Assembly: GCA_963669175.1 (NCBI GenBank)
Contig: OY769902.1
Location: 2,208,001-2,272,000 of the forward strand
Reading direction: 5' to 3'
DNA: 64,000 nucleotides
Source: a bacterium
Lineage (GTDB): Bacteria > Electryoneota > Electryoneia > Electryoneales > Electryoneaceae
The position numbers and the translations under genes are program-made. Under the pieces are notes generated by a model. That model had not been told where the DNA came from. It ran no database searches and saw only the letters and a program-made list of their open reading frames with translations. Within the stretch, counting starts at the first letter, position 1, and the number at the start of each line of letters is the position of its first letter. Of this stretch, positions 38,465 to 48,671 are shown in pieces.

Positions 38465-40324
38465 CTACTTCACCAGCCAGATTTTCCTGGTTACCGTCCG
38501 GTAGGCATCAGCTTGTACTTGCAGGAAATACACTCCAGAAGCAAACCCGGAGCAGTCAATTTCCAGTGTATGCACTCCGGCAGAATAGGGAGTTGCGTGC
38601 AGGTTTTGAACCACTCGACCGTTAAGGTTCAGAAGCCTGATTCCCACATCTGTCGCTTCAGGCAGGGAAAGGGTAACCTGAGTCGTTGGGTTAAAGGGAT
38701 TGGGAAACGCTTCGGATACGGCAAACTCGCCTGGCAGGCCGGACTTGGCATCATCATCCACTCCTTGTGTGATAATACTGAAGGTCCGGACGGCGCTGGC
38801 ATAGGTGCCGCCACTATGGATATCATCAGCTAAGACGGTCCAGTAATAGGTACAGCCAAGTTCAGCGTCAAAAGTGCAATTTGTTTCAACCGTGGCTGCC
38901 ACAGTCGCCCTGTACAGGTCATCCATGTTCTCAGCGACATAAACATGATAGGTAACAGTTTCCCCGGAATCCGGGTTGACCGCTTCTTGCCAAAGGAGTT
39001 CAACCGTACTTTCCGGCAGTAGCGCCTGATGGTCAGGCGAAACAAGGTCAAACGCTTCCGGATGGCTACCAAAAAACTCAGTGGGGCCAAGATCAGGAGC
39101 CGGTCCGGCAATTATACTTTCCGAAATGTTCAACAGAGTGTCACTCCCCTGGCTGAAGACCTGCGTACCGGCATCCACACATGCCGACCAGGGTTGTAAA
39201 CGGAAACCATCCTCATCCGCTATATAATCCGGCCATACTTCTTCGATCCCATTTTCCCAGACGAAATCGATACCCCCATCCAATTCAAATCCGAACCTCC
39301 CATCTTCAACCAGGTTGTGAGACGCATGGATTGTACTGCTGCATTCGGATATGCAGGAAACTGGATTATACTGGAAACCGTTGATAACAGAATTCAACAG
39401 GAAGGCTTGTCTAAAACCATTAATCTGGATGCCTGTTGCGGTTACATCGATTGGATCGACAAAAGCAGAGTTGCTGATGAGAATCGTGTCACAATCTTCG
39501 ATCTGCAGATCTATTTCACCTCGACTATTGATTGTAGTAATACGGTCCAGGGTCAATATATCCGAATTGTTGCAATGGATCATGGCTTCATTCCGTACAG
39601 ACAGGTTCGAAACCAGGGTGACATTGCGAATGGTCATGCGTCCACGACTGTAACAATTGAAGATCATATGGTCGGCTTCATTGTCTTTAAAAATGAAGTT
39701 TTCAATGCTTCCATCACCTTCAAATTGGACGTGAGCGACATCGCATGTACCACTGTTATTCTCAAAATAGAGATCCCTTATAATAGATTCTTCCGGAGGA
39801 CGGAGGTATAATGCACCACCATTATAGGCATCACTTCCATAAAACGCACAGTTCTCTAGATGAACGAAATCATTTGTTGAAATGTATAATGCGCCGCCTT
39901 CTACACTTTGACAGTTAATAAAGACCATGTCGTGAAAAGATACGTTGCTCGACCCACTTTGCGTCCAAATCCCGCTACCGACTGATCGTTGACCATTGGC
40001 AATCGTAAAACCGGCAATCTCAATTGAGGACAAATCCTGGATAAGGATGCAACCATGATCCTCTTCGCCATCCAGAATCGTGTTGTTGACGAAAGAAGAA
40101 TCGCCCGTAATCAGGAACAGGGATCCCAGTATCAGGCTGTCGCTCGGGACAACTAGTTCTTCCGTGTAGGTACCGGGACTCACCAGCACTGTATCCAGTG
40201 GGCTCGCAGCCTCCAGTCCTTCCTGGATGGTATCGAAATCGTCCGGTATAACAAGGGTTGTAGCGAAGCTGGCTGCAACACATGCTGTCAGCAGTGATGC
40301 AATAACGATTGATAGACGTTGCAT
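38465..40324 (-). CDS. Secreted beta-helix-repeat protein with a T9SS-like C-terminal sorting domain
   Basis: IPDDFDTIQEG, DTVLVSPGTYTE, GGALY repeats and the AFPNPFNPTT...ASGVYF...LVK tail. Confidence 0.85.
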   Translation of the reverse strand: MQRLSIVIASLLTACVAASFATTLVIPDDFDTIQEGLEAASPLDTVLVSPGTYTEELVVPSDSLILGSLFLITGDSSFVNNTILDGEEDHGCILIQDLSSIEIAGFTIANGQRSVGSGIWTQSGSSNVSFHDMVFINCQSVEGGALYISTNDFVHLENCAFYGSDAYNGGALYLRPPEESIIRDLYFENNSGTCDVAHVQFEGDGSIENFIFKDNEADHMIFNCYSRGRMTIRNVTLVSNLSVRNEAMIHCNNSDILTLDRITTINSRGEIDLQIEDCDTILISNSAFVDPIDVTATGIQINGFRQAFLLNSVINGFQYNPVSCISECSSTIHASHNLVEDGRFGFELDGGIDFVWENGIEEVWPDYIADEDGFRLQPWSACVDAGTQVFSQGSDTLLNISESIIAGPAPDLGPTEFFGSHPEAFDLVSPDHQALLPESTVELLWQEAVNPDSGETVTYHVYVAENMDDLYRATVAATVETNCTFDAELGCTYYWTVLADDIHSGGTYASAVRTFSIITQGVDDDAKSGLPGEFAVSEAFPNPFNPTTQVTLSLPEATDVGIRLLNLNGRVVQNLHATPYSAGVHTLEIDCSGFASGVYFLQVQADAYRTVTRKIWLVK

Positions 40325-40418
40325 GAGAACCCCCTCATCCTAAGAATAATATATAAACTATGATACAAAGAAAAAGCGCACAAGGATAAAATTGGTATTC
40401 TTGCATTATTTTAGACGA

Positions 40419-40456
40419 GAAACAGGGACAGACCACGCGTGATCTGTTCCTGTTTC
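40419..40456. terminator. Palindrome downstream of the hydrolase gene (terminator or GGGACAG-family repeat)
   Basis: GAAACAGGGACAGACCACG-CGTGATCTGTTCCTGTTTC. Confidence 0.55.
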
Positions 40457-40488
40457 GCTATGACAAACCTCTCGTTCAAATGAGAAGG

Positions 40489-41757
40489 CTATTGCTCTTT
40501 GAACACGTCATCAAAGAAATCGAATACTTCCTGGCTCATCAGGCTATGGTTTTCAAGCAGGCAGTGATTCGATGCGCCTTCTTTGGCCGGGGTAATGATC
40601 AGCTTATGGTTGGGGCATGCCAGCTTCTCCATGAACTCCGCCTGTTGCCACTGTACGTCCTTGCTGTTGTATTCGCCTTCGCCGACAATGGATAATGCCG
40701 GGACGTGGATTTGTGTGGGATCGAAGTCATAACCTTCGTTGGCAGCGACCAGTCCGGGGATGTTATTCATATCCACACCCCAACGCCAGGCGATGACCTT
40801 GACAGTATTCCGCTTGAATTCAGACCAGGACTCCATATCTTCCGGAGTGACATCCGCAACCGGCATGGATGCAAAAAGACGATGGGCATCAACCACCGCG
40901 CTATTCATGGCGATCGCTTTGATCCGTGAATCATGTTGCGCAGTGCGTGGAACAAACTCACCGCCGCCGGAGATGCCGAACATGGCCAGTTTATCCTTAT
41001 CAACTTCAGGTTTCTTAACGATGTAGTCAACCAGAAGACTCAAGGGGATCTGGACATCCTTCATGAATGGTTTTCCCAGCAGGGGCAGAATTCCCTGGCC
41101 GGGCAAATCGATAGTGGCGAAGTTATAACCACGTTCATGCGCCTGATCCGCGCTATAAAAAAAGAGGTCTTCAGCGAAAGTTTCCCCACCACCGATCATC
41201 AGCAGGGTTTTGCGTGGGGTATCATCATTGGCCGCTCTCCAGTAAACTCCCGGCAGAACGATACCTTCAAAAGGAAGTTCGAAATACTCGAGGGGCGGAT
41301 CCATCAGTTCACCTGCATCTAGCAACATTCTGCGGCTTTTGTCGGCGGTTTCCCTGAAACGGGGATCATCGGGCAACATTCCCACCAGGGCGGCACGGTA
41401 GTAATAGCTGGCGCGCAGGAACTGGTTCTTTGCGCTGATTTCATGTCCACCGGCCAGGGCTTTCTCGCCACGTTCCTGGACACGTTGCGCCATTTTTACC
41501 CATTCTGTATGCCAGCTTTCGGGATTTCCTTCTTCAATGTTCGAAGCAACAACAAAAGCTTCACCAATCTCGCATCCGTGGTTCCCGGTAGCGCCGACAA
41601 TCAGAGTGAACGCGAATTCCATCTCGTTGTCGTCAAAATGTAACCTGATATACGCTTCGTGAGCGTCAAACTCTTCATTTTCACCTGCTACCGCACATGA
41701 AAACAGTACCATCAGAGTCATCGAAATAATGAGAAATCGGCTCCCTTTTCCGAACAT
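40489..41757 (-). CDS. Exported alpha/beta hydrolase
   Basis: GISGGG nucleophile elbow, DLPGQG and GASNHC; signal peptide. Confidence 0.85.
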   Translation of the reverse strand: MFGKGSRFLIISMTLMVLFSCAVAGENEEFDAHEAYIRLHFDDNEMEFAFTLIVGATGNHGCEIGEAFVVASNIEEGNPESWHTEWVKMAQRVQERGEKALAGGHEISAKNQFLRASYYYRAALVGMLPDDPRFRETADKSRRMLLDAGELMDPPLEYFELPFEGIVLPGVYWRAANDDTPRKTLLMIGGGETFAEDLFFYSADQAHERGYNFATIDLPGQGILPLLGKPFMKDVQIPLSLLVDYIVKKPEVDKDKLAMFGISGGGEFVPRTAQHDSRIKAIAMNSAVVDAHRLFASMPVADVTPEDMESWSEFKRNTVKVIAWRWGVDMNNIPGLVAANEGYDFDPTQIHVPALSIVGEGEYNSKDVQWQQAEFMEKLACPNHKLIITPAKEGASNHCLLENHSLMSQEVFDFFDDVFKEQ

Positions 41758-41783
41758 ACCTTTTCTCCTCTTTTTACATCGTG

Positions 41784-42464
41784 TCACTTTCCAGTCTTCC
41801 CTGCGAACACAATTCCCACCCCCAGTCTCAGATGCAGGCCGGAATAATCCAGGGTGTAGTTTTCAACGCTGTTGCCGTCAATAGTGATGTCCCCGGTTTC
41901 TGCCTTACGATAGCCAAGTATTCCAAAGAAACGGATATTGTCCGACATTTGTAGTTCCGCGCCGCCCATGATACGGAATCCGATACAACTGGCATTGATA
42001 TCGCCTGTCCCGGCCATGTAGCCGGTTTCCTCGAATTCCACTTCTCCGACGGACGTGTATTGTCCGATACCACCGCCGATCAGCAGTGAAACATTGCCAG
42101 CGATAGGGGAACGGACAAAAGTTTGAAACTCGATCAGGTTGGCTTTAACATCAAAATCAATGATGAAGGAATTATCCGAGTAGCTGCTGCTTCCGTTCAA
42201 ACGCTCATAATTGACACAGAATAACAGCCTGTCCTTGTTGGTATACAGGATGGCCATGATACCGGGACCACTTCCGGAGGTGATATTATCCATGTCAATC
42301 CCCTGCCGGTTCATGCCATCGATATCATCATTTATATCACTCATCTTGTACTGATTAATGGAAAATGTCCCCATAATACCAAGTTTGGTATCCTGAGCGG
42401 CAACAGTCTGCGAAATGGAGAACAAGGTGAGAACAACAATAACAAACTTGGCAAAAAGACGCAT
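41784..42464 (-). CDS. Outer membrane beta-barrel protein
   Basis: Signal peptide, alternating amphipathic strands and LDYSGLHLRLGVGIVF near the C-terminus. Confidence 0.75.
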   Translation of the reverse strand: MRLFAKFVIVVLTLFSISQTVAAQDTKLGIMGTFSINQYKMSDINDDIDGMNRQGIDMDNITSGSGPGIMAILYTNKDRLLFCVNYERLNGSSSYSDNSFIIDFDVKANLIEFQTFVRSPIAGNVSLLIGGGIGQYTSVGEVEFEETGYMAGTGDINASCIGFRIMGGAELQMSDNIRFFGILGYRKAETGDITIDGNSVENYTLDYSGLHLRLGVGIVFAGKTGK

Positions 42465-42657
42465 GGCACTTTCCCCTGAAGCTTGCGCTATTTTCTTTTG
42501 TATCTCTGGTCGTGAGTGCGATGGCAAGTACCCCTGGATTAACCAGCCAAGGGGCAATTGCATATTATAACTGTCACACTTTACAGATACAAGCAAAACG
42601 ATGTATCATTACGTTCATGGAATCGGTAGCCGCAGTTCGCATGAACAGGAGGGGAGC

Positions 42658-43500
42658 ATGAAGCGAATTCTGGTGGCAGGCGCTACAGGATATCTTGGCC
42701 GGTATGTGGTAAAGGAGCTGAAGCAGCGTGGTTACTGGGTGCGTGCGTTGGCGCGGCCAGGGAAGATAGTCGAAGGCGCTGACGAGGTGTTTCATGCCAA
42801 CGCTACCAATTACACTGAATTGAAAGGAATTTGCGACTCTATCGACGGAGTGTTTTCCAGTCTCGGTATCACACACCAGAAGGATAATGTCACTTACATG
42901 GACGTCGATTATGGCGTCAACAGCCATCTCTTACAGGAAGCACAGGTCAGCGGATCAGTGCAACGCTTTCTTTTTGTGACCGCCGCACGTCCTGAATTGT
43001 TTCCCGGCAATGCGATCCTGGAAGCGCGTGAAAAGTTCATCTCTGAACTCAGGGCATCTTCGATTTCAGGCTGTGTGGTACGTGGCACCGGCTTCTTCAG
43101 CGACATGAATGAGTTTCTGAAAATGGCGCAGAAGGGACGTGTTTACCTGTTCGGCAATGGCGAGAACAAAATGAATCCGGTTCATGGCGCAGACCTGGCG
43201 CAAGCGTGTGTGGATCAGTTTGAGCAGGATGATCTAGAGATCGTTGTTGGCGGGCCGGATATTCTGACCTATAACCAGATCGCTGATATCGCGTTTCGTG
43301 TCGTTGAGAAACCGGTCAAGGTGACACATATTTCAACAGGCTTCATGAACATGATCATTGCCCTGGTGAAGCCGTTCAGCAAACGCATGTATACCGAACT
43401 TTCGTTTATGACCACGGCAACCAGCAACGAGATTCTCGGGGATTGCATCGGGACGCATACGCTGGAAGAACACTATCGGGACGAGAACAGCAAATTATAG
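42658..43500 (+). CDS. NAD(P)H-binding atypical SDR (NmrA-like)
   Basis: ILVAGATGYLGR, VRALAR and NPVHGADLA. Confidence 0.88.
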   Translation: MKRILVAGATGYLGRYVVKELKQRGYWVRALARPGKIVEGADEVFHANATNYTELKGICDSIDGVFSSLGITHQKDNVTYMDVDYGVNSHLLQEAQVSGSVQRFLFVTAARPELFPGNAILEAREKFISELRASSISGCVVRGTGFFSDMNEFLKMAQKGRVYLFGNGENKMNPVHGADLAQACVDQFEQDDLEIVVGGPDILTYNQIADIAFRVVEKPVKVTHISTGFMNMIIALVKPFSKRMYTELSFMTTATSNEILGDCIGTHTLEEHYRDENSKL

Positions 43501-43572
43501 GTAGGAAATCGTTGTTCACTGAATGGTTTTGAGTATATTGCTCGCATTCTTCAAGAACAGAAAGGGAATGCC

Positions 43573-44643
43573 TTGGCAGGATGGCGCAAACAGGTATCGT
43601 TGTATTGGACGGCTTCTCGTGCTGCACGCGATCGTGGTGACGGGATAAACAGCGATCGGGTTGTCTTTGTACAACTTACACCCCTTGGTGATGCTGCGAC
43701 TCTTGCCCCGGTATGCCGAACCCTGGTGGCTTCAGGGACGTCTGTGGATATTGTCTGCAAGGGGGATCTGGGTGACCTGTGGCATGAGGCGTTACCCAAT
43801 GCACGTGTTATTCCGCTCCCCGGTTCAACCTGGGATCCCAAGACTATCCATCAATGGCTGGAACCCTTAACACAGGTGGGGCATGATACCGTCTTCGTTA
43901 CCTCCATGCTTTCCCAGGCGGCGTTTCTGGCCAGCCTGATCCCGGCAAAGTTTCGTTTCGGCATGATGGAGCAGGGTAGACGGTGGGATGGGAGTCGGCT
44001 CCTGGACGATAGAGTCAATGTTGCACGTGACGAGCATGTACTGAGCCGTTTTAATCGGCTGATTCAGTTACGTTTTCCGGAATTTGTCGTCGGGGAGAAC
44101 GACGGACGTATTCCAGCTTCATCCGATGTACCACGAGCCGACTCGGGCAACGCCCCGATTCTGCTGCATCCGGGCGGGAAGTGGAAGCCACGTCGTTGGC
44201 CGCCGGAACGATTTCTCGAACTTGCGCGCGAGCTGTACCAGGCTGCCGGCAAACAGGTTGAGGTCGCTGTTCATGTCAGTGAAACCGATTTGCTGGATTT
44301 TTTCGGTCCGCATGAGGATGGGAACAGGTTGAAAATCGCACGTTTACAGAATCTCACTGATTTGCTGAATGCTGTCAAACGCTGTTCACTGTTGATTGGA
44401 AACGATTCCGGTCCGGCGCACCTGGCGAACTTGTACGGTAAACCAATTGTCGTGCTGTGGGGACCGGGCAATGAGAAGCGGATTCGCCCCCTGGGGGATA
44501 AGGTTGCCGTACTGATTCATCCTATCGAGTGCCGCCCTTGCCGACAGTATAAAAACGATGAAGTGTGCAGCCGTGGAGTAAACGAATGCCTGCAACAGAT
44601 CACGGTAAAAGAAGTGTTGTCTGCGGCCAGTAACATTTTATAA
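43573..44643 (+). CDS. Glycosyltransferase family 9 (heptosyltransferase-like)
   Basis: LGD, LHPGGKWKPRRWP, IGNDSGPAHLA, VVLWGP and CRPC...C...C. Confidence 0.9.
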   Translation: MAGWRKQVSLYWTASRAARDRGDGINSDRVVFVQLTPLGDAATLAPVCRTLVASGTSVDIVCKGDLGDLWHEALPNARVIPLPGSTWDPKTIHQWLEPLTQVGHDTVFVTSMLSQAAFLASLIPAKFRFGMMEQGRRWDGSRLLDDRVNVARDEHVLSRFNRLIQLRFPEFVVGENDGRIPASSDVPRADSGNAPILLHPGGKWKPRRWPPERFLELARELYQAAGKQVEVAVHVSETDLLDFFGPHEDGNRLKIARLQNLTDLLNAVKRCSLLIGNDSGPAHLANLYGKPIVVLWGPGNEKRIRPLGDKVAVLIHPIECRPCRQYKNDEVCSRGVNECLQQITVKEVLSAASNIL

Positions 44644-44696
44644 ACCAACTCTTCATCTGAATAAAATTCCAGCTTTCCAGACATGTTGAAACTAGC

Positions 44697-45220
44697 GAAA
44701 CTAGTTTTCCTAGTTTTAGACGGTAGTTTCCGCCAACATGAAGTAATACGGCAATGATGCCGAACGATCTCTCCGAGTTAGTTTTTTCCTCGATAAACTA
44801 TCCTTGCGCTACCACGTCCGATACACAGCAAGGGTTCTTCTTCTTGGGGACAGAAAACTAGAGAAAACTAGGGACAGAAAACTAGGGACAGACAAAAACT
44901 AGGGACAGACGGTAGTTATTACATCAATAAACGCTGTTAATACAATAGACTAAGAAATAGTAAACTACCGTCTGTCCCTAGTTTACACCTAGTTTAGTCC
45001 CATGAGCCAGTCGGAGTCGGATTCTGAAGGAGAAGACAGCTCCAGCCTAACAGAAGACGCGAACGGAAATGGTATTCCTGACGTCCTCGAGGCGGAGGAT
45101 ATCTGATCACGTCAATACGCTCGGAGTACCATTGAACCGGAAACGTTCGACTGCAAGCGTTTCCGGTTTTCTCTGTTTAATATCAATCGTTGAGAAATCA
45201 AGGACAGACGGTAGTTTCTC
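44697..45220. repeat. GGGACAG-family repeat cluster with a perfect 22-bp inverted repeat
   Basis: AAACTAGGGACAGACGGTAGTT at 44896-44917, inverted at 44963-44984; stuttered AAAACTAGGGACAG copies at 44847-44910; extra partial copies at about 44717 and 45201. Confidence 0.8.
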
Positions 45221-45356
45221 CAGCATCTCGACACATATATCCCGACCCGCTCGAAAGTGTGGTTGAGATGTATACTTTTGTGTGAGTATTCCTTCATCAA
45301 CGTGAATGCAAGATGAGTCACGTGCGCGTCGGGCCACCCGGATAGCTATTTTGAAT

Positions 45357-45381
45357 AAAAACGGGGCGCAAATGCGCCCCG
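45357..45381 (-). terminator. Terminator of the Gld-like ABC operon
   Basis: CGGGGCGCA-AA-TGCGCCCCG hairpin with an A run on its left (T run on the minus strand). Confidence 0.8.
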
Positions 45382-45413
45382 CGAGAATTCAAAACTAACT
45401 ATCGCAACAAAAC

Positions 45414-46340
45414 CTACTGACCATCCTCATCCGGACGCATTTCATCAGCCGTGTTCATGGTCTGACGGAACATGCTCTCATACAACCTGAAGACAGTTGG
45501 TTTATCCGCGAAGCGCATGAAGTAGCGTTTCTTGTCCGCATCAATCAGGTAGAACCGGATGTTTTTCTGGGTTCCACCTTGCAGGGTAACTGTCACTTCA
45601 TGGTCCGGATTATTCCAGTTCACATCCGCGTATTCTTCTTCATCGGGGAAGTCGGAGGTGCGCAGGTTGGCGAGCTGGTTGTTCAGCTTGTTGACCTTTG
45701 CCAGGTCCGCATCGTACCCGTTGCCCCGCTTGTCCGTGACACGCCAGGTAGCGCCGTCCGGTTGAAGCTCCAGGGTCATGTTCGGGGTTGCGACCTTGAT
45801 GATTTCCGTGGCTTCATAGTCGGCGACCTTCTTCTGACGCCAGTCTTTCGGCAGACGTTTCAACGCTGTACCATAGACGCCACGGATCAGGAAAACGGTA
45901 TCTTCGCCAGCCAGGCGGGCATAAGACTGACGATAGCCCGTAGCGGATTTGCCAACGAAGAACGTGTATTCCTGACCGTTCTGGACAATCGTAACCCGCG
46001 ACGCCTGGGCATCCGTCAGCTCGTACTCGCCCCAACTGTTCTTGTTGTCGGTGACTTCGGTTTCGATCCGTAAATCGTCCAGTTTGCCCAGCAGGGTAAC
46101 GACCAGGCCGTCGTTTGCCTTGAAATCGAATGGATTCACGACTTGCCAGCCGTTGCTACGACGCTCCATCGTCGTGGTATGTCCATCGTAATACAGCGAG
46201 ATGGATGTCACCTTGGATGTATCAACAGCTACGAGGTCTTTGAATTCTGCTGTCGGTGTTCCGCCAAGTTGCAGGAGCAGGTAAATCCCCAGCAGCGCAA
46301 TGGCAATCACCGCGAGAATGGTGAGCTGCTTTGGATTCAT
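45414..46340 (-). CDS. DUF4340 domain protein
   Basis: N-terminal TM segment, WQVVNPFDFKA, FVGKSATG..SYARL and DWRQK; usual last gene of GldAFG-like operons. Confidence 0.8.
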   Translation of the reverse strand: MNPKQLTILAVIAIALLGIYLLLQLGGTPTAEFKDLVAVDTSKVTSISLYYDGHTTTMERRSNGWQVVNPFDFKANDGLVVTLLGKLDDLRIETEVTDNKNSWGEYELTDAQASRVTIVQNGQEYTFFVGKSATGYRQSYARLAGEDTVFLIRGVYGTALKRLPKDWRQKKVADYEATEIIKVATPNMTLELQPDGATWRVTDKRGNGYDADLAKVNKLNNQLANLRTSDFPDEEEYADVNWNNPDHEVTVTLQGGTQKNIRFYLIDADKKRYFMRFADKPTVFRLYESMFRQTMNTADEMRPDEDGQ

Positions 46341-46342
46341 GA

Positions 46343-47920
46343 TCAACCCTCCCTCTTGCGTGTGTTGCGACGGATCTGCCAATATACCAGCCCGAGCAGG
46401 ATCACCAGGATCGGCGGCAGGAACCAGTTGAACAGCTTCCAGACCTGCATCTGCGTCGGGGACTGCTCTTTCAGTGGCCGCATCAGGACTTCACGGCTGC
46501 GCAGTTCGATCAGGCCGGTGTCGTTGGCCAGCCAGTCAACCACGTTCATCAGCAGGTTGATATTGGCTGCGTTGGGACGATATTCATCCATCAGGAAACG
46601 TCCGTCACCCATGGCGAACATCCGGGTATCATCGGGTGATTCCATGGCAAGCCTGTCCATCGCAATGACGGGTTCGCCATTATCATCAACCGGGATTTCC
46701 TTCCCTGCGTAAAAGCTGGTGAACTTGCCTTCCAGAGCCACACCCAGCGGTACAAACGCGCGGTCAAATTCAGCGCCGTCACGGCTGTACTGACGACGAA
46801 CCGAAATGTTGAAACGGGGGCCCATTTCCACAAAACTCTTCGCGCCGGACTTGAACAGCACTGATCGTTCAACACCCGGAATCGTGATGGATGTGTCCAC
46901 TGAAGAGGGGAAGAGCAGGCTGATGACTTCCAGATCCTTTGTAATCGGATGTTTCTTGTTGAATGTGGTCACCATGGGCAGGAAGGGATACTTGACTGCC
47001 TGCTGGAAGAACATCCGGGTCGGAACCATGACCTGGCCGCACTGGGCGTCCGCGACAACATCCTCGTTGATGCGGAAGCCGTAATGCTCGGTCATCGGGT
47101 CCATCATCAGCGGCAGGCGTTGCGCTTGCATCTGCTGCATTTCGACATGAGTTTTACTGCCCATCCAGCCGAGACCGCCGCCGCCCATGATAAACTGGTC
47201 AACCTTGACCTTGTCGGCATCGCTCAACGCAGCCTGCGGTTCAACGATCAACAAGACATCAACATCGGCCGGAACCATATCCTCTGCTGAAAGGTCAACA
47301 GTGGTGATCTGGTAGTTGTCCTGCAAGATGTTGGACGCCATGGTCATCTTTTCAAACGGGCTGGGCTCGCCATGTCCGGTCAGGAAGCCGATCTTCTTCG
47401 ATTGCTGGCTGGATATGCGCTTAATGATGGAGGTGATGTTGTATTCCAGACCGGCCGTGCTCTGGACAGCGGGAATGGTTTCCTGCTTGTCGCCATACAG
47501 GAACGACATGCCGAAATACACCATCATCTGTTCACGTTTGTCTTTCGACCAGACCTCAACCGGGAAAGCCGCGATCTGGTAATCGGCTGCTTCCTTTTCG
47601 AGGTCTTTATCGTTGCCCGGGTCAATAAACTCGTAGTGGAAATTGCCGCCGCCATAACGACGGTAGTTGGCGAGCAGGTCGCCCAGGAAACGCTCGATAT
47701 CCTTCAATTGCGCCGGCATATCCTTTGACGCGAAAACTTTCACCGTCAGCCGGTTTTCCAGGTTCTGGACAACATCCTTGGAGGCTGTTGACAGTGAAAA
47801 GAGCTTCTCTTCGGTCAGGTCAACACGGAAGAAAAGCGAGTTGGCAACGAGGTTCACCAGAACCACAATCACCACAATCAACAGGATGCCGACCAGCGAG
47901 TACAGGTTTTTCTGTTTCAT
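46343..47920 (-). CDS. GldG-like ABC system auxiliary component
   Basis: RVDLTEEKLFSLS, EFIDP, LEYNITSII, GFLTGHGE and NLLMNVVDWL. Confidence 0.9.
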   Translation of the reverse strand: MKQKNLYSLVGILLIVVIVVLVNLVANSLFFRVDLTEEKLFSLSTASKDVVQNLENRLTVKVFASKDMPAQLKDIERFLGDLLANYRRYGGGNFHYEFIDPGNDKDLEKEAADYQIAAFPVEVWSKDKREQMMVYFGMSFLYGDKQETIPAVQSTAGLEYNITSIIKRISSQQSKKIGFLTGHGEPSPFEKMTMASNILQDNYQITTVDLSAEDMVPADVDVLLIVEPQAALSDADKVKVDQFIMGGGGLGWMGSKTHVEMQQMQAQRLPLMMDPMTEHYGFRINEDVVADAQCGQVMVPTRMFFQQAVKYPFLPMVTTFNKKHPITKDLEVISLLFPSSVDTSITIPGVERSVLFKSGAKSFVEMGPRFNISVRRQYSRDGAEFDRAFVPLGVALEGKFTSFYAGKEIPVDDNGEPVIAMDRLAMESPDDTRMFAMGDGRFLMDEYRPNAANINLLMNVVDWLANDTGLIELRSREVLMRPLKEQSPTQMQVWKLFNWFLPPILVILLGLVYWQIRRNTRKREG

Positions 47921-47930
47921 CTCGACACCC

Positions 47931-48671
47931 TCACAAGAATCTGCGTTTGGCAAAAGCGATCGATGCCAGGTACAGCATCAACACGATGATAGACAGGAAA
48001 TACAGAATATCCCGCAGGTCGATCACGCCGATTGCCATGTTGTTGAAATGATAGGTCGTGCTGATGTACTGCACCGCATCGGTGAACCAGGATGGCGGCA
48101 GCAGCGCCGATACCAGCGCCAGCAGCGAAAGCGCCGCACCCAGCAGAAACGCCAGGATGAACGCTACAATCTGGTTTTCACTGAGCGCGCTACCCAGTAC
48201 GCCAATAGCGATATACACCGCACCGACCAGGATCAGGGCGAAATAACCCGAGAACATCACGCCGAAATCAGCATTCCCAAGTACCAGCACGGTAAACGCG
48301 TAGATAAACGTGAAAAACAGACCGACGAGGTACAGGGTATAGGCGGACAGGTATTTGCCGACGATGATGTCCAGGTCATTGACCGGCATGGTCACCAGCA
48401 GTTCCATGGTGCCGCTTTTCCGTTCTTCCGCGACCAATCGCATGCAGATGGCTGGGGCAAAGATGGAAAGCAGGGGAACCAGGATGATGGACTGGCCACC
48501 GGTAAGTTCGAAGAAGTGTCGAATCGTAGCCATGTTCTCCTTGAACAGGATGAAGGTAAAGAACCATCCGGTTATCACCAGGAACACGGCCAGGGAGATG
48601 TAGGCTACCGGGCTTCCGAAATAGCTTTTCATCTCCTTCTTGTAGATCGCACCCACTGCGCTGAAGTTCAT
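47931..48671 (-). CDS. ABC-2 type permease (GldF-like)
   Basis: KEMKSYFGSPVAY, MRLVAEERKSGTMELLVTMP, GKYL and ENQIVAF. Confidence 0.92.
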   Translation of the reverse strand: MNFSAVGAIYKKEMKSYFGSPVAYISLAVFLVITGWFFTFILFKENMATIRHFFELTGGQSIILVPLLSIFAPAICMRLVAEERKSGTMELLVTMPVNDLDIIVGKYLSAYTLYLVGLFFTFIYAFTVLVLGNADFGVMFSGYFALILVGAVYIAIGVLGSALSENQIVAFILAFLLGAALSLLALVSALLPPSWFTDAVQYISTTYHFNNMAIGVIDLRDILYFLSIIVLMLYLASIAFAKRRFL

